Origin: Mobula hypostoma
Lineage: Eukaryota
Direction: 5' to 3'
Assembly: GCF_963921235.1 (NCBI RefSeq)
Contig: NC_086108.1
Coordinates: 48,114,001 to 48,178,000 of the forward strand
DNA: 64,000 nucleotides
A program made the position numbers and the translations under genes. This document shows, in pieces, positions 24,600-36,994 of this stretch. Under the pieces are notes generated by a model, which was not told the DNA's origin, made no database searches, and saw only the letters and a list, made by a program, of their open reading frames with translations. Each line of letters begins with the position of its first letter. The first letter of the stretch is position 1.

Positions 24600-25340
24600 A
24601 ATCAAATGAAATCAAGTTCACGTTTAATTATCATCAACTATATATGAATACAGCTGAACGAAACAGTGTTCCTCTGAGGCCAGGTACAAAACATACACAG
24701 CACATTCAAAATAGCAACCACTCACTCAATATTGAAAAAAAACATATACAGCCCAAGTCCTTGAGCAACATGTCCCACAAATTGCTGGTGTAGTTCTCGG
24801 CAGTATGCAAACATACGCATGCAATCCAACCTGTCATTTCACCAATCGAACACTGATGGGAGAGGCCAGTTCCCAAGCGAGCACAGATGCCAAGCTACAA
24901 CACCTATGGGATCTCCTCTCCTGGTCTGTAACAGCAGGCAAGCCCGTGGCTTGAAGTCCAGTCCTCGCTATGAGTGAGACCATGCAGCTCCCTTGCCATC
25001 TGTCACACCACTAAACAAGGGAGACCATGGTATCTTACATTATCAATGTCCCAGGGTCTTGCGATAGCAAGAGAAATGTTCAGGACAATCACCCATGGTT
25101 ACACCGCATGCCACCTCGTGCACTAACTCTGATGCCTTTAATGCCTTTCCTGTAGCAGTCAGCAACATGGTCTGTACCCAGTCCAGCACCTCTGCTAATG
25201 AGCAGCTCACTGATGGGGTAGGTCTGTGGTCTCCGGTCTCCGAACTCCTTGGAGTCCAGCATTGTCTTGCTATTGTAAAAAAGACATTTAACAAAGGAAA
25301 AAACACGTTTGGTTGGCCCTCAAGAGGTTGCTCCGTTTTA
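24600..25340 (-). mobile_element. Non-autonomous LINE-derived element
   Basis: Reverse complement of 24600-24690 matches the 3' tail of 18283-18839. Confidence 0.5.
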
Positions 25341-26593
25341 CCGCAAGTATGGGGCTTGATGTTTCTGAGATGCTAAAGTACTGTAATATTTGTTGAGTTA
25401 TTTAAGAATCAAAGTAAACGTGATGTTTTGGAGTTGAAGAAGATTCTGTGATGATGGTCAACTGTGGCAGTGACATGGATTATTGATGTTGATTTTCAAT
25501 TCATTGAGCAGTTATTAATACTTGAGTAATATCTGCATTGAGTTGAAATGTCTCTCAGCGACCATTAATGGGATCTTCAAAGTGCTCAGCTAGATCTGGC
25601 ATACAGCCTGTATTAAATCATCCTTACGGGAGGAAACTGCTTTTTAAACGTTGACCAAATTGAGGTGTGTTCATAGATTTTAGCAGGTATAGGGTGGGCT
25701 GGTGTTGGAAGTCTTTGTCAAACTCTCTTTGAAATTTAGAAACAAATTATTCTGATTAGTGCAGAAGGTGATATTCCATGGATCAGGATCAGGTGAGGCA
25801 TCGGGTGCCTTTTGCTGTTGACCAAGTTGGTGTAAGTGGAGTTGGGAGGTAAGCAGGCAGTTGTTATGCAACAGGCAGATTGAAGTCACGTCTTTGGATT
25901 CCACTGTCTGGGGAAGCTGACTCCATGACAAGTTGAAGTGCTGTGTCTGCTGTATGTTCCACTGACCTATTTGTGATCACACCTCAGTTTGGTTGGATGG
26001 AGTTTGTTAATAGGATGGGCTCCAGTGGTATCTGCCAGCATGGTTAACATAGCAATTCAGGGAGAAGTCAGCCTAGTATCTGAAAGAATAGGGATAATTT
26101 TAAGAGGCAGAATTGCTTCCACATGATGTTTTGTGTTGGATTGAACGAAGGTAAGATTTTATGATTTAAAGAAAATGAGGTCTACCCAATTCTATGCTCT
26201 TGCTGACCAAAAGCAGGACTTTGATCAATTGCCCCAAAGAAAGTCTCCGTCAGTCTGAAGTTACTAACATTTCCTGGATTAATTGGAGTAATGAAGGGTC
26301 GGTTATCCAAAATTGTTAAATTTAATATTAAATTCCAAAAGTTGTAAAGTTGCTAGGTCAGAAGAAGTGATGTTATTTCTTAAACTTGTGTTGCGATCTG
26401 GAAAAGGGGAAAAAATGTGTTGTGTCTCCTGAGTTGCCTTAGCAGCTATGATGAGAAGAAGGTATGGAAGAATGAACTAAAATATTGCAGAGGGAGTAGT
26501 CCCTTTGATATGCTGAAAGCGGAGGAGACGGTGTATCTGATGACGTTATTATGTTGAATCTCTTGAGCGACTATGAAGAGAAATCCTTGTTCT

Positions 26594-26790
26594 GAAACAC
26601 AAAAGATTCTGCAGATACTGGGAATCTTGAGCAACACACACACAAAATGCTGGAGGTACTCAGCAGACCAGGCAGCATCTTTGGAAGGAAAGGAATAGTC
26701 AATGTTTCAGAGATCCTTCAGTTGATTGTGACTGTTCATGTCCCTTCATAGATCCTGTTTGATCCACTGAATGCCTCTGGTATTTTGTGT
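26594..26790. mobile_element. Penelope pLTR pair in inverted orientation (degenerate)
   Basis: cacaaaatgctggaggtactcagcagaccaggcagcatc ... gatcctgtttgatccactgaatgcctctggtattttgtg form imperfect inverted arms. Confidence 0.6.
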
Positions 26791-27017
26791 CTGTTGTCCT
26801 TGTTGTGGATGGGAGATGCCTGGATATTAAGCCAAAGTGTAGGGAATGTTTGCGAGCTCTGTCAATTCCACTGGGGGGGGGGAGAAAAACACTGTGGAAG
26901 AAGCAACATCACACAAGAAGCCAATATATTGAATTTGTTACTGTTGTTCCTTCTCCTTAAATCATGCATTCCACTGTCTGTAGGATTTTGTTTACATTTC
27001 CTCTTTTTTTGTTGCAG

Positions 27018-27189
27018 GTTCTAAAATGGGTAAAAGAAGCAGTTCAAGCATCCAAAGTTCACCTGCTATCCACAGACCATGCCATCCAAGCTGTAAACAC
27101 CTGGCAAATCCCCTTCGATCCCAGTCTGAAACAGGTGACCGTGTCTCTCAGTGGTCCTGCTCCTTTTATTGAGATCAGAGATCCCTCAG
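27018..27189 (+). CDS. HMCN1: Hemicentin-1 internal coding exon (probably exon 5)
   Basis: Polypyrimidine tract, gcag|GTT...CAG|gtatgg; 172 bp, phase 0-1; [57 protein letters not shown] continues the previous exon in frame. Confidence 0.95.
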
Positions 27190-27667
27190 GTATGGTTCTT
27201 GAGTATTAAAGAGATTATTGAACACAATGAGTGTCTGTGAATAAACTTGGGCAATTATCAGAAGCATTCATTTTGTCAACTTACAATGTAGTGTTATGCC
27301 TTTATGAGCATTATTGCTTTTCAAAGAAACATGCCATGGTGAATACACAATGAAGTTTGGTACTGATTTGGCAATTTATTTCTCTTTTTGTTCTTCTGGT
27401 TTTTTATCTTAAAGTGACTGCAATCCACATGGGTGTTTTAAAAGAATAGTTAACTATGCTCTCAAGGGTTGTGCTGTTTCAGGCCAGGATTTGACAGGCA
27501 ATAACAGGCACTTTCAATATAGTGAACTTTACAGCAACTGATTAAAGATAGCTGGAATGCCATGTTGTGACATATACTGTATTTCAATTTCATGAAAGAA
27601 AATCAAAAATTTATTTATTCAACAGCAGTTAATAATTAGGAATGCACAAAGGGATCAGTTTAACAAG

Positions 27668-29315
27668 CTGCCTGTGTTCATTAGAATTCAGAAGAATGTG
27701 GAGTGACCTCACTGAAACCTATCGCATGGTGAAAGACCTTGGTAGAGTGGATGTGGAGAGGATGTTTCCTATGGTGAGGGAGTTTAATACCAGAGCGGAG
27801 AGTGTCAGAATAGAAGGGTGTCCTTTAAGAATGGAGATGAGGAGGAATTTCTTTAGCCAGAGAGCAGTGAATCTGTGGAATTCTGTGACCCAAGCAGTTG
27901 TGGAGGCCAAGTCTTCATATATATTTAAGGCAGAGGTTGATAGATTGAATTTTTTGAGATGTAACTAAACACATTGATGAGGGTAGAGCCGTAGATGTAG
28001 TGTATATGGATTTCAGTAAGGCATTTGATAAGGTACCCCATGCAAGGCTTATTGAGAAAATAAGGAGGCATGGGATCCAAGGGGACATTGCTTTGTGGAT
28101 CCAGAACTGGCTTGCCCACAGAAGGCACACAGTGGTTGTAGACGGGTCATATTCTGCATGGAGATCAGTGACAGTGGAGTGCCTCAGGGATGTTTTCTGG
28201 GACCCTTACTTTTTGTGATTTTTATAAATGACCTGGATGAGGAAGTGGAGGGATGGGTTAGTAAATTTGCTGATGACACAAAAGTTGGAGGTGTTGTGGA
28301 TAGTGTGGAGGGCTGTCAGAGGTTACAGTGCGATATTGATAGGATGCAGAACTGGGCTGAGAAGTGGCAGATGGAGTTCAATCCAGATAAGTGTGAAGTG
28401 GTTCATTTTGGTAGGTCAAATATGATGGCAGAATATAGTATTAATGGTAAGACTCTTGGCAGTGTCGAAGATCAGAGGGATCTTGGGGTCCATAGGACAC
28501 TCAAAGCTGCTACACAGGTTGACTCTGTGGTTAAGAAGGCATACGATGCATTAGCCTTCAGCAATCATGGGATTGAGTTTAAAAGCTGAGAGGTAATGTT
28601 GCAGCTATATAGGACCCTGGTCAGACTCCACTTGGAGTACCTTGCTCAGTTCTGGTTGCCTCAGTACAGGAAGGATGTGGAAACCATAGAAAGGGTGCAG
28701 AGGAGATTTACAAGGATGTTGCCTGGATTGGGGAGCATGCCTTATGAGAATAGGCTGAGTGAACTCGGCCTTTTCTCCTTGGAGTGACAGAGGATGAGAG
28801 GTGACCTGATAGAGGTGTACAAGATAATGAGAGGTATTGATTGTGTGGATAGTCAGAGGCTTTTTCCCATGGCTGAAATGGCTAGCACATGAGGGCATAG
28901 TTTTAAGGTGCTTGGAAGCAGGAACAGAGGAAATGTCAGGGGTAAGTTTTTTACGCAGAGTGGTGAGTGTGTGGAATGGGCTGCCGGCGATGGTGGAGGC
29001 AGAAACAATAGGGTCTTTTAAGAGACTCCTGGATGGATACACGGAGCTTAGAAAAATAGAGGGCTATGGGTAATCCTAGGTAGTTCTAAGGTACGGACAG
29101 GTTTGGTACAGCTTTGTGGACCAAAGGGCCTGTATTGTGCTGTAGGTTTTCTATGTTTCTCGATTCTTGATTGGTCAGGGCATGAAGGGTTACAGGGAGA
29201 AGGGAGCAGGTTAGGCCTGAGAGAAAAATTGGATCAGCCATGATGAAATGGGAGAGCAAACTTGATGGTTGAAATGGCCTAATTCTGCTCCTGTATCTTA
29301 TGGTCCTATGATCTT
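27668..29315 (+). mobile_element. Older CR1 3' end (27668-27946 and 29161-29315) split by a younger CR1
   Basis: gcagaggttgatagatt (27946) resumes as gattcttgattggtcaggg (29162); tail atcttatggtcctatgatctta. Confidence 0.85.
27944..29160 (+). mobile_element. Younger 5'-truncated CR1 LINE (RT to 3' UTR)
   Basis: YMDFSKAFDKVPH, SGVPQGCFLGPLLF, FADDTK, W..EFNPDKC; tail ttttctatgtttct. Confidence 0.92.
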
Positions 29316-30138
29316 AATTAATGGGGAAATCAATGGCTAAACTCTCTCAGTAATTTGCTAACCACCTTTTTTGTTGTCCTTTTTAATATGTCATTTAAGG
29401 ATTTTAATGTGATGTTAGTCTCTTATGTGGGAAGATTTCTGTGTTAATGATAATCACATTTCTCTTGAATGTGTCATGCAACCGTGTCTTTGCAGATCTT
29501 AGTTATGTCTTCAGCTAGTTTCAGGTTCCTGGAACTAGCTAATGAGCCATGTGCTGTTTTGGGATAAAACCCAGATGCAATTTATTTTAAAATAACAGTC
29601 TTGCATTGTGAGAAAATAAGTTTTTCATATTTCTGACTTGAGATGATAGATCTCCAAGCTATAACCATGGAAACCGTTTGGTGGTTTTAAACCTCACTGA
29701 TGCTTCTCTGCACTTGGCATGTAATAAGGATGCTTATCCCAAAGGAAATGATCTTCTAATATTATCTACAAAAGTAGTCTAACAGTTCTATGAAGGACAG
29801 GAAAGCAAACACCAGATCTGTGCGTTAGTTAACCATCAATTTCTTAACCCCTTGGTGACCTAAATAGTCTTCGATTTTGACATGCTGAATAATGTGGTCT
29901 AGCTTATATCAGTGGTGGTTGTCCAGGTATATATATGTACTAATCAAACCAGCTTTCCTCAGACAGTAAGCTCAACCTGCTGAACATTAAAAATATATTA
30001 ATACATGTTTAAAAATTTCATTAACATTTCAACTGAAAACTCATTTTTTGCTTTGGGAAAATGTTATTCTCAGTTTTAGTACAGTTGTTAACAAGAATAC
30101 AAAATTTATATTGATTAAGCTTTTCTTTCGGCCTGCAG

Positions 30139-30245
30139 GAAAAATTATCAGGAAAGGATCTGGTCTTAATGAGCTTTTACATATTGCAAACTCTGCCAGG
30201 GTGGTAAACATCAAGAATCCACAACCAGGACTCTGGACCATTAAG
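30139..30245 (+). CDS. HMCN1: Hemicentin-1 internal coding exon (probably exon 6)
   Basis: gcag|GA...AAG|gtaagt; 107 bp, phase 1-0; (G)KIIRKGSGLNELLHIANSARVVNIKNPQPGLWTIK. Confidence 0.95.
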
Positions 30246-30633
30246 GTAAGTCTTTATGGTAATGGCATGTGTAAAAACCTTTGATATCTTCCTCGGGACC
30301 TCAGCCCTAATTTATTATGAACGCCATCACTTTCACACCATAATTTCAGCAGGAAGTCAGTGGAACCTTGAGGGAAGTTTGGGAAACACAAAGCAATCTT
30401 CTGTTACTCATGGTGCTGCATGAATCAATACATTCCCACATCATGAAATTATCATCCCTGACCCATAGTGTATTATTAATGTTCAGTCCACCTCCTCATA
30501 GCTTGGAATCCAAGTTATCCATTTCTTTGATTTGTGCCACTACCCAGTGTCATTAGAGAACATTAGAAGGTATGTTTCTATTGTGTTATTGTTTTGTTAT
30601 TATGGGAGAAGGAGGAAATTCCATTTAAACATA

Positions 30634-31112
30634 CATTCAGTGGCCACTTTATAAGGTACAGAAGTGGAACCCATTGTGGCCTTCAGCTGCTGTAGCCCAT
30701 CCTCTTCAAGGTTTGATGTGTTGTTGATTCAGAGTTGCCCTTATGCATATGCATGGTTATTTGAGTTACTGTTATTTTCCTGTCAGTTCGAACAGAACTG
30801 CCACTGAAAGTTTTTTTTTTGTTTTTCGCGCTATTCACTGTAAACTCTAGACACTGTACTTGAAAATCCCTGGAGATCAGCAGTTTCTGAGATACTTAAA
30901 CCACCCCGTCTGGCGCCAACAATCATTCCACCATCAAAGTCACTTAGATCACATTTCTTCCCCATTGTGGTGTCTGGCCTGAACAACAGCTGAGCATCTT
31001 GACCATGTCAGCATGCTTTTATGCATTGAGTTGCTGTCATATGATTGGCTGATTAGGTATTTGCATTAACAAGTAGATGTACAGGTATATCTCATAAAGT
31101 GGTTACTAAGTA
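30634..31112. mobile_element. Tc1/mariner non-autonomous element (MITE)
   Basis: TA|CATTCAGTGGCCACTTTATAAGGTAC ... CATAAAGTGGTTACTAAGTA|TA imperfect TIRs with TA TSD. Confidence 0.75.
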
Positions 31113-31560
31113 TACAGCATCATCACAGCTTGATTTTTGCAGACGTCATTGTTAGTTGCTGGAAACTCAAACAATATGGACCAAACCAAGCTTGTTTGTA
31201 TTTGAAAACATCATCTTCTATATGTACAGGCAAAGTCATGAGGATTTTCTTGTATACCCTTCCTCCTATGTCGTATGGCATTGCTTGTTCTTGATGGTAC
31301 ATTCTGGACAATTTTTTGGAGTTGAGTGAGAAGTTGCATGGTGATTGCAGGATTTGGTTTCCTCATTAGCTGTGGTTAAAAATCGGGCTTCCACTGCGAG
31401 TAGCATTTGTGCTAGGATCATCAATGGCCAGAAAATCCTGGGTCCCTTGGAATCCTATGTGATGCTAGATCCAGAAATTTACCAGGAGTAGTGCTTGATT
31501 TTGGAAATGCTGTGCGGGAAGCTGGAGAACGGAGGATTGTTGGATTTTGGAATGCTGTGA

Positions 31561-32345
31561 TTCAGATTCAGATCCGAATTAGATTTAGATTCATTTATTC
31601 ATCACACAAACATCAAGATATACAGTGAAATGTGTTGTTTCCATTAATGAACAGCACAACCTCAGGATGTGGTACCAACATGGCATGTCCACAAGCAACA
31701 GCAACAACAACACAACAGCAGCAACAAAACAAACCCTTTCCTCCCTCCCACCTACGCACTCACTGACACATGCAGAGAGGCCTCCAACCCCCAGGACAGG
31801 CTGCTGTCGGGCCTCGACTACTGGACTCGCCAACTTGTGTTTTCAGCCTTAAGGCTTTGACTTCCAGTACTGACCCCAGGACTCACTGATCGTGGACTTT
31901 GAACTGCAGGTCTCTCTCAGACTCTGGACTCACGTGGACCTGGTGGGGGGTGAGGGGTTGTCACCAGCCCTCATGCTTCTTGTCCACCTGGACTACGATC
32001 CCCGGACCTGCCGACGTGAGGGCAGGGCCGGGATCACTATCCCATGTCCAAGAGGCCTGCTGACCTTGGTCGTTGACCATGGGGATCGCAGGTTTTTATC
32101 TTCAGCACCGGCTGACCTGACATCTTTCCATGGAGATCGCTGGCCTTCTTCCACGGAACACTCTGACCTGGTCTCGAGCTTCTGCCCCAGCTTTTCATTT
32201 ACTGCTTCTGACCTCTGAGCCTAAACCCAAATCTGTCCCCTAATTTCCCACGCTGCCCCAAAACCATCCCTACGAATGTAAAAGCAACTACATCTGAGCC
32301 ACTGCCTCCACAGATGTCACAGCCTGCTGCCACCTTGACCCGGTA
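31561..32345 (-). mobile_element. Non-autonomous LINE-derived element
   Basis: Minus-strand head gtcAAGGTGGCagcag; tail aataaatgaatctaaatct...(tctgaa)n. Confidence 0.55.
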
Positions 32346-32490
32346 AATGTGCCTGAGCATATCATGACTCCGGGATGGTTGCAAGTTCAAGGCATAAAAC
32401 TGTATGCAGCCATTTAGCAGTACGATGGGGGTGGTGAGTAGGGGAGGTTATGGTTAATCTCTACCTCATAAAATCACACCTGCTAACACT

Positions 32491-32972
32491 CACAGTGCTA
32501 TCATGTTTGCTGTTGTGTGCTGGGGCAGCAGGCTGAGGGTAGCAGACACCAACAGAATCAACAAACTCATTCGGAAGGCCAGTGATGTTGTGGGGATGGA
32601 ACTGGACTCTCTCACGGTGGTGTCTGAAAAGAGGATGCTGTCTAAGTTGCATGCCATCTTGGCCAATGTCTCCCATCCACTACATAATGTACTGGGTGGG
32701 CACAGGAGTACATTCAGCCAGAGTCTCATTCCACCGAGATGCAGCACTGAACGTCATAGGAAGTCATTCCTGCCTGTGGCCATCAAACTTTACAACTCCT
32801 CCCTTGGAGGGTCAAACACCCTGAGCCAATAGGCTGGTCCTGGAATTATTTCCTGGCATAATTTACATATTACTATTTAATTATTTATGGTTTTATTACT
32901 ATTTAATTATTTATGGTGCAGCTGTAACGAAAACCAATTTCCCTCGGGATCAATGAAGTATGACTATGACTG
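32491..32972 (+). mobile_element. Rex1/L2-type LINE 3' end, relatively young
   Basis: Open C-terminal frame VCWGSRL...INKLIRKAS...HPLH...TERHRKSFLPVAIKLYNS; 3' UTR aatttccctcgggatcaatgaagtatgactatgac. Confidence 0.8.
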
Positions 32973-34959
32973 TGTCTAATCTGTGAAAAATTCTATGTGA
33001 GCAAAGTGATTCATGTAAAAGTTGTGTCTGTGAGTAGTTTAGGCTTGTAATTTGACTGCTGGTCATCTTACTGCTACAACAGGGATGCAGATGATCACAA
33101 TACAGTGTCTGGCAAAGGTACCATGTTATAAATCAATTATCATGCTTGAAAAATTATTTCTTATGTCAGAATTTATACATTTATTTGTCATATGATTTGT
33201 TGGTAAGCAGATCATTCTAATTACAATAAGATTTACTCAATAGAGAGTTTTGTTACTTGCATTCCGGTCTTTGTGAAAAATAGAACACATCATTTCCTGA
33301 AACAAAGTCACTCACAGTGTGGTGCTAATTCATTATTGAAAACAGAACCCGGAGCTCTTTTTGTATTACTCTAGTGCTTTTGGTTTCCAACTCAAATGTC
33401 ATGCAGACATTTAGAAAAATCTACATAAAACTTGGCAGATATATGAAAGAAGATTACAAACAATAGCTCTTTTTGACTTGGTTACCCCAGCTGATAGTCT
33501 TTCCAAAATGGGCCTTATTTGGTGAGCAAGAAGTGCATACTGGGAAATAAGCTCCAACTTTGAACAGGTATGGGTTTCATTTGTAGAGGCCTATAGATGG
33601 TATTGTTCTTACTGCAGTGTTTGTTTTTCCACTCTGGGTCACAAGGGGTAGCAATGGCTACTTGCCATTCTATACCAATGGCACATTAAAGGTTACCCTT
33701 AACTCTTGAGATCCCTGGCTGAAAATATTGACCTCAGTAATGCATTAGGGATAATTAGACAGGGTGTATAATTTTGATTTGTATTCACCAGACTGCTGAA
33801 AACCTTCAGCTTTTGAAATTTCCTTCTAGTTTAATTGGGATGACAAAAATCAGATGAAATTGGTTAAATTTAAGTTTCAATGTAGTTGTAAGTGGGCTAT
33901 TTCAGCTTCATCCAAATCAAATTCTTTTACATGGAAACTATGCTCTGTTCTTCCTGTGTGGATTTTAAAGATCCCTTCGCCAAGGGAATTGAACTAATAT
34001 GGCCTAATACAGTTTTCAAAAGATTTTTTTACAGCAGTACAGAAGAGTAGGTGGTTTTGTTGTCAAAGGTTATTTACCTTTGTTGCCTTCCCCTGTAACC
34101 TCCTTGAAGTTTGAAAATAATTGCTGTTTGAGGTTGGTCAAATAACACGACACAAGTAATTAGGTACATTATGAATGTGGGGAGATAAAAAGGATCTCTG
34201 GTAAGGGCAGAGGAAGATGACCTTACTGATAAGACATGATGAAATATTTATGCTGCGAAGCAAGTATTTCTCACACCTCTGCTCCACTTGCCAGGCTGGT
34301 GATGGTGAAAAGGTTGGGACTGCATGTTTTCTGGAGCTGATTTCATTGTTTCCTTTCTGCCAGGATAGGTTAAGTGTTGGTATCTTGTAATAATTTTGGA
34401 TCAAACTCACTGGACTCTAAATGTTCTTTAAAAATGATCCTAAGCTTTCAGTTCAAAATAGTGGCACTCTAGAATGGTCAAGACCTCTAAATGTTTAGGT
34501 AGATTAATGAGAAGAAATTAATAAAGATTACCAAAGTGAAGAAAAAGCCTACTTAGAGAACAGGGCTTTAAAAAGCATGACACCTCTATTTTAAAAAAAG
34601 CAATGGTCCAGGAGTTTAATCATGTAATTTATTTGATGAAACAGAACCCTATCCAATTGCAAACCTTGACTATGGCAGTACCATGTACTATTAACAGATT
34701 TGAATTTTGTGGCTGTTGTGTAGAAATGCTTGAAATATTTAGAGTTTGTAGCACTGATATTAATTCTTGTGTGAAAATTTATTTTAAGGTATCCTTCTCC
34801 CATTGGGCCAGTCAATGGGAAAAGTATGCAAGCTAGAATACTGGATCATCATCTCGACACCGGTGCCTGATTTATTGCTTTTAGTTGGTAATCTGTAGTG
34901 GCCCTTTAGTGAAGATTGTCCAGTGTCATTTGAGCTACAAGGTATTGGTAGAAACCATA

Positions 34960-36515
34960 TGTAGATTCATAGGACAGTACAGCACCAAATCAAGCCCTTC
35001 AGCTCATCTAGTCTGTGCCAAACGACTAATCTGCCTAGTCCCATCAACGTTCACCCAAACCATAGCCATCCGCACCCCTCCCATCCATGTACCTGTGCAA
35101 ATATCTCTTAAATGGTGAAATTGATCCCACTTCCACCACTTGCGCTGGCAGCTCGTTCCACACTCTCACCATGCTCTGAGTTAACAAGTTGCCCCTCATG
35201 TTCCCCTTAAACATTTCACTTTTCACCCTTAACCCTTGACCTCTATTTTTAGTGTCACATAACCTCAGTGGGGATAAAAAAAAGCTTGCTTACATTTATC
35301 TTATCTATGTCCCTCATAATTTTGTATACCTTTATCAAATCTCTCCTCAATCTTCTACGTTCTGACCTACACAATCTACTCAACCTTTCCCTATAACTCA
35401 GGTCCTCAAGTCCCGGCAACATCCTTGTAATTTTTTTTCTATATTCTTTCAATCTTATTTACATCTTTCGTGTAGGTAGGTACCCAAAACTGCACACAAT
35501 ACTCCAGGTTAGGCCTCACTAACATCTTATCCAACTTCAATATATCATCCCAACTCCTGCACTCAGTACATTGATTTACGAAGGCCAAAGTGCCAAAAGC
35601 TTTCTTTATGACCCTATCAACCCTAATGCCACTTTCAAGGAATTATGGATCTGTATTGCCAGATCCCTCTGTTTTACCACACTCCTCAGGGTCCTGCGAC
35701 TCACTGTGTAAGAACTACCCTGGTTGGTCCTCCCAAAGTGGACTACCTCACACTCGTCTACATTAAGTTTCATCTGCCATTTTTCAGCTTATTTGTCCAG
35801 CTGATCCAAATCCTGCTGCAAGCTTTGATACTATTCCTTCCTGTTCACTACGCCCTCAATCTTGCTGTCATTTGCTAATTTGCTGATGTAGTTTACAAAT
35901 TATCATCCAGATCATTGATATTGTGGAAAAACAATAGCAGACCCAACACTGACGTCTGTGGCTCACAACTAGTCACAGGCCTCCAGTTAGAGAAGCAACC
36001 ATCTACAGACACACTCTGGCTCCTTCCACAAAGTCAGTATCTAATCCAATTTCCAACCTCATCTTGAATAAACAGCTGAATCTCTTTGACTACCCTCCTA
36101 TGTGGGACTTTGTCAAAGGCCTTGCTGAAGTCCATGCAGCCAACATCCACTGCATTGCCTTCACCAGCTTTCCTGGTAACTTCCTCAAAAAACTCTCTTA
36201 AGATTGGTTAGACATGACTTACTACACACAAGGCCATGTTGACTATTTCTAATCAGTCCAGGTCTATCCAGATATTTGTATAACCAGTCCCTTAGATTAC
36301 CTTCCAATAACTTTCCCACTGCTGTTGTCATGCTCACCAGCCTAAAATTTCTTAAAGCCTTTCTTAAACCATGGAACAACTTTACCTCTCCCCTGGCTCC
36401 TCACCCATGCCTAAGGATGTTTTAAATATCTCTGCTCGGCCCCTACAATTTCTGCACTAGCCTCGAAGAGAGTCTGAGGAAGCACATTGTCAGGCCCTGG
36501 GGATTTATGATCTTG
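34960..36515 (-). mobile_element. CR1 LINE, 5'-truncated, decayed
   Basis: Minus-strand peptides NSQHGLVCSKSCLTNL, TRMLPGLEDLSYRERL, RVWNELPAQVVE. Confidence 0.88.
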
Positions 36516-36579
36516 ATTTCTTATTTCAGCAATCAGTGAAATAAAATAAAATGTAAAGAATAGTCTGTATTGCTTCTTA

Positions 36580-36720
36580 TGTAGTCCTGAAGAAGGGCCT
36601 TGGCCCGAAACACCAACTGGTTATTTTATTCCATAGATGCCGTCTGATCTGCTGAGTTTTTCCAGCATTTTACATGAGTTGCTTTGGATTTCTAGCATCT
36701 GCAGACTTCCTCATGTTCAC
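36580..36720 (+). mobile_element. Solo Penelope pLTR fragment with decayed hammerhead motif
   Basis: tagtc CTGAAGA agggccttggccc GAAAC accaactg ... ctgctgagttttccagcattt. Confidence 0.7.
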
Positions 36721-36994
36721 ATTGTCCTTTGTTGGTTAATTTATATTTGCAACACAGCATGGCAACACTTCTTCTTTCAGTATTATCTGAGAATCAAGAC
36801 CCAACAATATACAGCAAACATACATCCTAATGTACCATTTATTTCCATTTATTCCCTCACAACACCTTGAAAGTTCTTGGAGCTAAGAGTCATAGCCATT
36901 TTAGACAGCAACAACAATGATGCCAAATGATCATTTGTCAAGAACAAGAATTACAGTGGAAAGGACATTGGGTGAAACTACAAACAAAAACACG

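Noticed and set aside
26964..27209. ORF-track starts and stops around HMCN1 exons (also 30048-30284 and 60974-61420) as standalone genes
   Set aside because: Only the portions between AG and GT match hemicentin; the flanks are translated intron.
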